Below, in pieces: positions 1 to 11,600 of a stretch of 41,425 nt of DNA; position 1 is the first letter of the stretch; every line of letters begins with the position of its first letter. The stretch is from Catajapyx aquilonaris (lineage: Eukaryota), in NCBI GenBank assembly GCA_000934665.2, contig KZ538901.1:1-41425 (forward strand), written 5' to 3'. The position numbers and the translations under genes were made by a program. The notes beneath the pieces were generated by a model. The model saw only the letters and a list, made by a program, of their open reading frames with translations. It had not been told where the DNA came from and did no database searches.

Positions 1-74
1 CATGTCACAAATAGGCCACGTGCCATCTGCACATCAAGTTTTTCTTTACATGCACGTGGCCTATTTGTGACACG
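1..74. repeat. 23-bp inverted repeat (hairpin), probably inside a DNA transposon cut by the window edge
   Basis: catgtcacaaataggccacgtgc (1-23) pairs with gcacgtggcctatttgtgacacg (52-74). Confidence 0.6.
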
Positions 75-1857
75 CCTGATACGAATCAAGTATGAAAATA
101 TAGGTTTTCGACACCTTAGAATTCATATTTGCTGTCAAAAATGCAAAAAGAGTCACCCATAAAAAATTCATCAGCTTATTTTCGGAGTCTCACTTCCTCA
201 GCTGGTATATACAAGCCCGAGGCGAGGACCCTGTCGTCCTAATCTGAGAGTGACCCTCCTCTTTCCCGTCCGGTCTTAAACCTTGCACTGTTGCAATTTA
301 CAACCCTTCCACTTTTTCAAATGTTTATTATGATCTGATTCCTACTATATAGTACCTGTCTGGTGGGATTTCACACTGCAATGAGCCACTGCACCCTACA
401 AATGCACACATGGCAATGAAACAGGCATTGGAACAATTGAGTGTGTTTCTGCAATTATCAGGTTAAGTTGACTTAATGCACAACCAACATGTAGTGGCAC
501 CTGGGGGAAAAAACTTTGGACCTGTCTATTTCTGTCTTGAGGGGAAATAAGCATGTCATGTTGGGGGTGGCTGAAGTGGGTGGTCTTAATGGGAGGTCAG
601 CCTGGTCTCCACTTGCTTATCTCTCATACAAGGCAGATATACCAGATGAGCTTATTGCTAGTATACCATACACCACTTGGATTGTTACTGTTATTTTCCT
701 AATTTGGCCTGAAAGTCAGTCACATAAAACTGCTAATTGACTGTAAGTTGTTCCCAAACAATACAGTAATAAATTAAATACATAACAGTTACAAATACTA
801 ATCAGTAAGTGGGCAGCAAAATGAGCACATGGTCATATGAAAACCGCCATACATGATCAGAAAATACGTTATTACCATGTCAAACATACTAATGTAAATA
901 AAAGTACATATAGTACCAACAGTCAACAATTTCTGCCATTAAAAGTCATGTTACTATCACCATAAGCACATACATTGCTGCAGGACCTTTTAGGCATGTA
1001 ATTTAGGTCATTAATTATTAATGGATTTACAAAATCATCCTCACATATCCCATACTTTGTGCGATCCATTACTTTACACTGCTGCATGTCTAAATGGTCT
1101 GTCTAAAAACATCGTACAAAAAACATGACCACAGGGATTCAAAATGCACACTTATTCAGGCCAGGAGTTTTGGTGATCTGCATGAGTGTTTGAAAAAATA
1201 TAACTAACAGCAGTAGATTCTGCCACTTTCTTCGTGCAAAGGGTAACTAATACCTAAAAAGGCACTCTGAAATCTGCAGGGCCCTCTTACGGTGTTGCAC
1301 TATGAAAGAATGCTCTCACTGCAAAAATAATAATCCATGGGAGCCTTGTTAAATAATTATGTAACAATCTTGACAGCTCCATGCAGAAACATGTGTACTC
1401 ACTGGAAACTTAATTTGATACCACATTTCTCTCCCAAACCAATAGGATAAACTAGAGACCCCACCTCCTCTTATTGCAAGCCAATAGCAATTGGTGCTAG
1501 ATGAAGTAGAATTGGAGAATTGAAATTTGCATTTTTATATTTAATTTTTCAGAGGCAGATGGCTACATCAAATGCTGATCATTAGAGCTGCAAATGCATC
1601 ACATTACTCTTTGGACAACCAGCAACATTCAACATCCTGCAGATTCCACCTTGCTTTCATACAGTTTTCTTTTTGGATAGTATTCTTTTAACCATTGCCC
1701 AAGCAGCCTGCTTAAGCACTCTGACAGGTTCTCAACACTCCCAGCCCAACTTGTCTACATGCTAAATGATTGCCTTTTCCATCAAAAACAATCTCAAATG
1801 AACTAAACTCAAGTGATGCAGAGTGTATCCGTCACGCTGCACAGCATCAGTCTAGAT

Positions 1858-2156
1858 CAGCGGTTCCCAAAGTGTGGGGCGAGAGACGATTTCTGGTGGG
1901 GCGTGGAAGGTTTTGAAATTTGAAAATTTTGCATTATAAGTATGAAGACCTGAAATGAGCACCACATGGCATATGCTAAGTTCTAGGGACAGGCGTGGTT
2001 GACTCGAAATTATATTCCATTTATATATTTTAAAACGTAGTAGGCCTAATAATGATGATGATAAGAGTTATACATACTCCCCCCCCCNTAGGTGGGCCAC
2101 GAAAATCTGTTGTTGTAAATAGTGGGTCACGGTTCATAACAGTTTGGGAACCGCTG
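1858..2156. mobile_element. hAT (Charlie/Buster-like) MITE
   Basis: TIR cagcggttcccaaa / tttgggaaccgctg; 8-bp TSD gtctagat / gtctagaa. Confidence 0.85.
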
Positions 2157-2564
2157 GTCTAGAAAACTTTTTCTTGAAATGAATGGCCATTCACACATGG
2201 TATCTGCATTTCACAAGCAGATTTGAAAAGCAATGGATATGTATCACAAACTAAATGCACGAAGTGGCTTATCACTCACATGTTTAACACTACCATCCAG
2301 ATGGCAAGGTTGGTAGTAACAGTGACTGGTTTTCATCAATAATTTCTCAAGTGTGGTTTACACTGTCACATAAAAAAATTTGAAGACACGAATTAATTTC
2401 ACAGCTGAGATGTGCCCGCTACCTGTTATAGGCTGGGATTGACACCTCCCCATAGTTATGTAACTGAATTGGTTTCACTTCAGGTAGTTGATCACAGGTT
2501 GTAGCCAGACATGCTCCTGGAAAATGTCAATGCCTTGCACCATGTCTCATGAGCTTACTGAAGT

Positions 2565-2610
2565 CTACATCACATCCCAAGAGTCATCTATGCTTTTCTG
2601 GACAAAGGTT
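2565..2610 (-). CDS. ABHD12: ABHD12 terminal coding exon ((R)[14 protein letters not shown])
   Basis: Pyrimidine-rich acceptor ttttgtgtttttcag; phase matches the previous exon (AG+A); TAG at 2565-2567. Confidence 0.75.
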
Positions 2611-5600
2611 CTGAAAAACACAAAATAACTTTTGAGCAATACACCACATATTTCACATTTCAATTGATGTCTCTTATAACATTCCCTTTATGCAGGGGAG
2701 ACGGAGTGGCGCCGCGGTAACGCGCGCGCCCACGGAAGTTAAGGTCCCGGGTTCAATCCCCACCCGGGGTTCCCACCTTCTTTCGTGCAGAGTTGGGCCA
2801 TCTCTGGCTTCGTTTCGGGTGGCAATATCCGATAGACTAAGCCACCCGGGGGAGTTCACAAAATGACCAATTAACGACAGCGCACTTGCACTTTGCACAT
2901 CCCCTCCTATACTTACCCTTGGAACAATTAACATATATATACCTTACCCAGATCCCATAGTTTACGCGCGCCCCCAAAAAGTGGAGGGGTGGGGTAGTAA
3001 ACAAAATATGACAAAAAATCCCAGTGAAGATTATATGGACTTTAGAATTGATAATGATGAAGAGTAACAATGGAGCTAGGATGGCACCAGAGTTAATGTT
3101 AATTTGACAGTTAACAACTGAAAAAAATATGATTGCACTTTGGACAGTGAATTTCGGTGGGGTCTGGTAATAATTGCTGTCACTACATTAATTTTTTACA
3201 TAGCAGGACATTAATTTTAACAATGAACCTGAGGGGCCACACAAACCTGAAGACAGCATTAAAATTAATTACAAAAAATCCACCACAGAATTTTAAAATG
3301 TTTATCACGGCTTGCAAATGTCGAATTTTCTGTGCATTTTTGAGTGCAGGGATTTAAAAAGCCATTTCGCATTCATTCAATTGAAAGTTTTTATCATAGC
3401 ACATTGCACTGAGGTCTAAATACACAATATCATCACATTTTAATTTATTAATAAATAACAATATTAAATGTAGTTCAGCAAAGGGGTAGCAAATTCTGAA
3501 AACTTAAACGATATATCGACATTTTTAATTCAGCGACATATTTTTTGTAATTAATTTTAATGCTGTCTTCAGGTTTGTGTGGCCCCTCAGGTTCATTGTT
3601 AAAATTAATGTCCTGCTACGTAACAAATTAATGTAGTGACAGCAATTATTACCAGACCCCATCGAAATTCACTGTCCAAAGTGTAATAAATTTTTTTTCA
3701 GCTGTTAACTGTCAAATTAACATTAACTCTGGTGCCATCCTAGCTCCATTGTTACTCTTCATCATTATCAATTCTAAAGTCCATGTAATCTTCACTGGGA
3801 TTTTTTGTCATATTTTGTTTACTACCCCACCCCTCCACTTTTTGGGGGCGCGCGTAAACTATGGGATCTGGGTAAGGTATTATATGGTTCCCAAAAATAG
3901 TGGTATTCCACTCCCCTAATAAGGGCCCAAGATCCGATAATGGGGTACAGTTAAAAAAATAAAAAAAATAAAAAATAAAATAAAAATTTTAAAAAAACAT
4001 TCCCTTTATGCTTCATTATAGATTTTTAATGCTCACAAAATGCATCAACGCCCACTCATTAATGCACTACATGATGGAACAAAGGGGACGGCTTCTGCAG
4101 AAAGAGTTCCCAAGTAATATTGTGGGGTCTACAAATCCATGTGTCCCAGCTAAACTGGTGCCACTTATTTAGGGTTTTTTTGGTAACAAAGAGATAACTT
4201 TCATCTAGTTTTACACTGTAAATATTGTAATGGTTATCTGTGAGGTCGTGCCCCCCCCCCTCCCCCCAAAATCCGCCACTGACAATACCTGTAAGGAGTT
4301 TTGGTGATTGTCATTAAATACTCACCTAATAATTCTGGGAAGTTCTGGAGCTCTAACAATATACTTATGTCCATAATTGTACTGTCCATCAAAAGCTACA
4401 AACTGCACTGGCTTGCTGTTAGTGGGACGATTCTTAAGAGCCTTATTGTAGAGCTGAAAAATGAATTATCCATAAGTAATGCCTAATTACTGACGCCTAA
4501 GGAGGTTTCAGTTGTTCCCCTGCTCAAAGAGTATGTAACTCAAAAAATTGGCCATCATCAACCAATGCCAGAGAAATTAAAATTACAGTGGAGCATCGAT
4601 TATCCGAACAGAGTCTGCCAAGGGGGTGTTCGGATAACTGATTGTTCGGATAACCGATCATTTACGGAAAAAAATTGTACCGTGTCATAGGAGCAATATG
4701 AAACTAAGAAACAGTGATATTAACCACAAAACTGTATATTTTCTGTCACAGGCACGTCTTAAAAATACTGTACATGTACCTTACTGTCCTTACATGAAGT
4801 AGTCCTGCAGTTTGGGGGGGGGGGCGCGTTTGGTTGGTTTTTTGGTATTTTGCCGACCCGAAAACGTTCAGTTAACCAATGGTTCAGTTGATCGGTGTTC
4901 GGATAATCGATGGTCCACTGTATTTCAGGTTCCTGACAATGTCTTCTGTAGCCATTTGAAACTTGCAAAAATTGCTTTGATCCAAAGTACTCATTATTTT
5001 ACTGTTCTAGTACACACTATAAAAAACTATTTACACCGAACGTCCTAATGGACCAAGCAAAACAAGTGTCTTCCCTTTCCCCAATTAGTTCCAGTGGTCA
5101 TTTGCTTAATATCTGATATACGGTACAATGAAACCTGATTACAGGAGAGTCGTTCTGGTTCATTAAAAAATTATTTAAACAGCTCTCCATCAATTACAAG
5201 TATGTACAATGAAAATCCTCCACAAAGACAGAAAAAAAATTACATACTGAACAAGCTTCCACTGAAACCAGGGGTCATCACTGACAGGTTACACTTAACT
5301 TCAGTTCTAAATATTGTTTTGCCCAAGTCCACCAAATGAATTTATAACTAGAAGATAATAACTATTGTACCTTTTTTCCCAAATGAAATGGCACAATTAA
5401 ATCATCCTCTGCATGCATGATAAGTATTGGGATGGAAATATGTGCCACGTGACGGTCTGTTTCGAATAATAGCCCATTTTCCTTCAATGGTTGGAGAAAA
5501 AGCCACTCAAAAAAGGGCATCTGTCTGTAAAGCTGAAAGACACAAAATCACAATGTATGCAAATTTACATTGCTCCTCATCTTGTTCCCCATTTGTAAGT

Positions 5601-8600
5601 TAGAAAGTTGAATTGTTCAAATTAACCATCAAAAACTTATGAATCTGTTCACAAGACCCACCAAACTGTACCATGCTCACCTTAGTCAGGTAGTGGTGAG
5701 ATACTTCATCCCCCAGATTGTTAAATGGCGATTCCAACACCAATGCTGTTGGAGGATCACCTTCCTGACACAAGTCAGCTATCAGGTGGCCTGACACCCT
5801 GCAAGAAGTGGCATATACAATACAAGTAGCCCAATTAAAAATTAGTTTGATAGGACATACCCTGTTCCCAAAGAATGTCCCCAGACAATAATAGGTGACT
5901 TTTTCACTCTTTTCTCCAGCCAGCGGTAAACGTGTTTGGCATCTGCAACAACCCCATCTTCCGAAGGTACTACAGAACTAGAATCTCCATATCCTGCAAT
6001 ACAAGCCAAAATGTTGTTTTGCCCTTGTCAGATAGATCACATTTACGCACCGCGATAATCAAAACATATCACGTGGTAATCCAAACTCTGTAATAATTGG
6101 TACAGCTCAATGCGGTGAGGACCTGCTCGAGAGCCAGAGTTCCCATGCAAATACAGAATAATGGGATGCCCATATTCTAGAGCCTTTTCAAAGTAACCTT
6201 GAGAGTGGACTGCTGTTTCATCCACTAAAGACCGTGGCAAAATGTGCCTGTAAATGGAACAAGATAGTTAGATTCTCTGAAAACAGGTTATAATGACAAT
6301 GTGAAAGGATCCCTTCCAGGATAATTTGTGTCATGTCCCTCAATAATTGTTAGTGGAGATTGTTCTTACAATATCTTGATCTCTAATCTAATATCAAGAT
6401 GCAAAAGTGAACCACAGGGTTCCTCAAGCTGCAGGATGTGGAGGCAGTCTATGGTTGGAGGAGGGATAGGCATGGCATCTGGAACTCCAAAAAGGGCTGC
6501 TCCAATAGAATTCAAGAATTCTTTTTGTGATTATATCAGTTGAACCGTTAATGATGCTAAGCCGATATGGATGATGACCATTATTAGTACTCTGTTATGT
6601 AACATTTTATTTGTTACATTTGGGCTGAAATTCATGTCGCCAAGGCAGAAGCCTCGATGACAGTGCAACCGATTCCTTTATTACAAACTACATCCTGAAC
6701 CAGCCCCCTGACACATCCCACCTAGATGTATGGATAAGGCCGCATAACTCCTGTGTCTCGGCCAGGCGGCACTGGCGGCGCTACATCATTCCTTAGACCA
6801 TATATACCAGTAGACGCTCCCCTAAGCGCAGAAGTGGGCCCAACAACATCTCGGGGGGGGGGGGGGGGGGCAAAGGGNNNNNGGGGGGGGGGGGGGGGCA
6901 AAAGGGCAAAAGGACTTACGGCAAAAGGGAGACGGGAATACGAATTAGCGTGGTGCCTTATGGCGATTGCAGCTCTCTTTGCAATATTTCTACCGCTGCG
7001 ATTATTATTTTGTTGGAGGCCCGTGACATCTAAAAAAATTTACAAACTTCAACTATTATGAAATTAATGCGTGTTTTCGATATTTATTACCAATTACCTA
7101 AAAAAATTATAAGTTTATGACTGCTAAAGCAGGGCAGGGGCCACATACGTTCAATTGTAAAAGAAACCGAAGCAGTTTGGAGTAGGGGATATGGTGTTCG
7201 ACTGCTAATCAGGAGGTCCTGGGATCAAATCCTGGGGCCAGCAACTCTGACCGTGGTTTTCTGTGGTTTCACACGGTCCTTCCAGGAAAATTCCGGAGTT
7301 GTTTCCGTAATTAATAGGCCACAGCTGCTTCCTTCCGTCCCTATCCTATCCCAAAAAGCGCAGTTCCAAAGAGTTCCAGGCAAAACAAAACTTTCCCCCT
7401 AAAGAGCCGATAGGCTGATAATGGGGTATGAATTTTAATTATAATTATAATTGTAAAAGAAGCAGCCCCACCCCCTATCACCCCCTATCACCCCCTGTTG
7501 GAGGGGCCCAGCGACCCGTACACGCCGGCTCTGTGTATTGATGTATAGGCCTACACTAGATTGGCCCCCTGCATACATATGCCCTTTTTTCTGCACAGCT
7601 CGCAAGAAACAGGGTAATCTCCTGCTGGTAAAATGATTGTAAGAGCGTGAATTCTCCTTGAAAGGGCCACAAGCACACAGGGAAACAACTTTTTAAAAAA
7701 AGATTGGGCCCCGGCAGGGCCCCTTAATTTCATTGGGCCTGGGGCACGTGACCCTTCGCTAATACGGCCCTGCCCATTCTCATCACGACATTAGCTTACA
7801 CGGCATCAGATTCAAAAACAAACCACATATTTGGAATCAGGGAGTCTTCCTTGATCTTCAAAGCCCAACACCCAAAGTTTCTGAACCAGGGTTGTGAACC
7901 GAACCGAACCCTTGCTCCGTGAACCCGAAAACATCGGAGCCACTCCGGAGCAGTAGATCCGGGTCCGGAGCGAGCGTCGGAGCTTGGTTTGGGTTCGAGT
8001 TGGTTCGGGGGGAGAGTGGGGCCAAGGTCGGAGCGGGTCCGGAGTTTGGTTGGGAGCATGCCAGCTTGGTCCGGCGTTTGGTTCGGGCCAACGCCTCCGG
8101 AGTTGAACCAGTTCCGGAGGGAGGTTTGGAGCGGTTCAGAGCTTGGTTAGGTCCAACATACCAACACAATGGGGGGAAAGGCAGAAAAACTGCTGGATCC
8201 AGCATATGCGTCATGTTTTCATTGTGGCAGAATGACATTTCCAAGCACCAGCGATACAGGGTGTACCGCAAATGTCACATATGACCCATATGACATAAAA
8301 ATGTGACATTTGCAGTACACCCTGTATCGCAGGTGCTTGGAAATGTCATTCTGCCGCCATGAAAACATGAAGCATACGCTGGAGTAAATCCTGCGGTTTT
8401 TCTGCCTTGCCCCCCCGTTGCGTTGGTATGTTGGACCTAACCAAGCTCTTAGCTGCTCCGAACCTCCCTCCAGAACCCGTTCAACTCCGGAGGCGTTGGC
8501 CCGAATCAAATGCTGGACCAAGCTGGCAAGTTCCCAACCAAACTCCAGACCTGCTCCGACCTTGGCTCCACTCTCCCCCCGAACCGGCTCGAACCCGAAC

Positions 8601-11600
8601 CAAGCTCCGACGCTCGCTCCGGAGTGGCTCCGATGTTATCGGGTTCATGAAGCAAGGGTTCGGTTCGGTTCACAACCCTGCTCTGAACCCTTCCTTTAAA
8701 TGAATTTCTATAGTTCACCATTTAAAACCCCAAGAAAGTAAATGGAAATAGTGCTTTCCTATCATGCCTATTAACAACCGAAGCAGGCTGGTGGGGTGGA
8801 TAAGGCGTCTGACTGCTAATCGGGAGGTCCTGGGTTTGAGTCCAGGGGCTGGGGATCCTGACTGTGGTTTTTTGTGGTTTCCCACGGTCCTCCCAGGAAA
8901 ATTCCGGTGTCGCTTCCGTAAATAATAGGCCATAGCTGCCCCCTTCCTTTCCTATCCTTGACCTATCCATGGGGAGGTGGGGGGTTTCTGACCTGCACCT
9001 AGGGGGTTGTCTTGCAACCTGACCCCCTGGGGGACTGCACATGACCCCCAACATAAAGACAACACACTTACACCTGTGTCCCCTCCTCACAAATCCCTAT
9101 CCTGATCCCTGCACCAGAGGGAAAAATGTGAAAGAAAATTCGTAAGAAAATAATGGTGGTATTCACCCCCCTAAGGGAGCCAACGGCTCCAGCATGGGGT
9201 AGCAAATATATCATGCCTATTAACTGCTGTAACTCTCCAAAATGGAAAGGAGGAGGCACAAAATATATGGGCGAGTGGCCTTCCGTTCGATTTGCCTGAA
9301 AATTGGATATGTTGTACCCCAGACCATCCTGATCAATGTTAGATGGGGACATTTCGAGGTAGAACCTACAGGGAGCGTGCTATTGACCTCCGAAGGTCAT
9401 ATGGGATATGATCTGGTTTTCCGTTCGATTTGGCTTAAAATTGGATATGTTGCAGCCCAGACCATCCTGATCAATGTTGGATAGGGACATTTCGAGGTAG
9501 GACCTACAGGGAGCATGCTAATGACCTCCGGAGGTAAAGGCCATTTCACAAAAAAAATGTCACGCGGCAAACGGCGCGACTTGCGGCAAATTTTATTGTT
9601 GCCAACAATTGGCAACAATATAAATAAAAATTTGCCGCAAGTCGCGCCGTTTGCCGCGCGACATTTTTTTTGTGAAATGGCCTTAATAGGGGGAGTAGTA
9701 GACTACAATAAGTCTCAGGAACTCAATCGTTATTGCATTAAATTATCTATTAATCTTTATTACCTATTCATCTGGTTCAAATTCTACTCCTTGAAGGTTG
9801 TCATCTGGAGTTTCCTCCAGCTGCACTTCATCATTCATTGGGTCAATGTAAGGAAGCGAGGTTTCTCTCAGTCTTCTAGCCTCTTCGATGAATAGCAATT
9901 AGCATGCTCCCTGTAGGTCCTATCTCGAAATGTCCCTATCCAACATTGATCAGGATGGTCTGGGCTGCAACATATCCAATTCTCAGCCAAATCGAACGGA
10001 AGGCCACTCGCCCATATATTTTGTGCCTCATCCTTTCTGTAGTTGAGGTGTGCCAAAATTTTGTAGAAAAATTACAATTTGCAATTTTTCTACAAAATCA
10101 TGGCACACCTCAATTACAGAATCTTCCATTTTGGAGAGTTACAGCAGTTAATAGGCATGATATATTTGCTACCCCGTGCTGGAGCCATTGGCTCCCTTAG
10201 GGGGGTGAACACCACTATTCTTAGTTGGGCTGGCTAAAAGCAGCATTTTCCTACTCCTGATGCTTTGCTGGCATCTACTGTGCAACTATTAGAAGTTACA
10301 CAGTGGGGCACTCAGTATCAGCCCCCTGCAACTCCTCAGATTCAGTAGGGTATTTAGTGAGTCTATGCCAGCCTTGATTTGGCTCTGCCAGCTGTCCACT
10401 GTTGCTATCGCTAGGTACACTCGAGCCAGTGGCGTAGTATGGGTTGCCAGCGCCCGGGGCAAGGCAAGTATCCCCCCCTTCCCCCAGCACATGTATTGTA
10501 TTTTAAGAAAATACTGATAGAATTTTAAAAAATGTATTGAATGCTAGTGTAAATGAATGAATTATCGGAAGGCAGAAAAATGATATTTTTCCAAAGAAAG
10601 CCGAGTAAAGATGAGGGTAAATCCAATATATTGAATGAGTTTGCTGCATTAACAATGATCTACAGTGTTTCACTATGTAGTCCGCCCAAAGAATCAACTG
10701 TAATTTTCTTCCTACTCTACCTAGATACATAGTGTTTGATATAAAGGTAGGCTTCCTCATAGAGTTATGTGCTTTAAAAAATCCAAACTTCTCTAACTCG
10801 AATCTTCTATAACTCGAAATTTTTTCCCGGTCCCACGGAGATTCGACTTATAGAAGTTTTACTGTATTTTCACTTCTTCAATCCAAGGGGTGGGGGACAG
10901 GGCACCCCCCAGTTGTTCAATATGTGAAGAGCATATTTTCATGCACATTCCCAATTGCAACTTTTCTACGTAGTGAAACCCCCTGGAAGTGAGTTAATAG
11001 GATAACCCATTTGCATTTACTGGAGTAAGAACTGTCTGAGTGGAGGGGCGCTCGATTTTCATTGCAATATAATAATTATATCGTAATGAAAATAGTCGAA
11101 AATTCTGAGGGGCCCAAAACTGAAATTTTGCGCCCGGGGCGACCGCCCCTCTCTCTTCGCCCGCCCCCACGCTATGCCACTGACTTGAGCGACTGGTGGG
11201 CAAGTCTGCTAACTGCTCTGGACTCAGCTGCATTGGATAGAATGGCTTGGGTTGGTTCAGAGTCGTCCGCCTGCCCCAATTTGGGGACAGCAGAGCGGCT
11301 GCAGCGCCAAATCTGAGGTGGCGGAGACTCTCTAAGTCCCTTACCATCATCATAAGGCTAGGCTGGGAGTGGCAGGGGGCGGCTCAGTATCATCCAAAGT
11401 GTTGGCCACTCTCTCCTGAAGGGTAAGCTTCATTACCATCACTAATGATTGTGGAGCCTTCTTGTGATGTGTTATTACACTATGAAGTGTACACCTGATT
11501 ACATGAGTGGCAAAAGCCTCCATACCATCATATTATGAAAACATGTTCAGGTTCTGTGGTTTAAGAAAGTTGAAGGTCACATTCCTCTTGGATCCAATTT

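Noticed and set aside
2694..2770. tRNA-like heads (also at 8776, 24856, 32075, 33508, 38350) as tRNA genes
   Set aside because: They run into shared bodies and tails and are bounded by TSDs, so they are SINE heads.
7796..8721. Overlapping Pro/Gly-rich ORFs on both strands
   Set aside because: They lie in a GC-rich foldback with repeated gaacc/tccgg motifs and show no protein signature.
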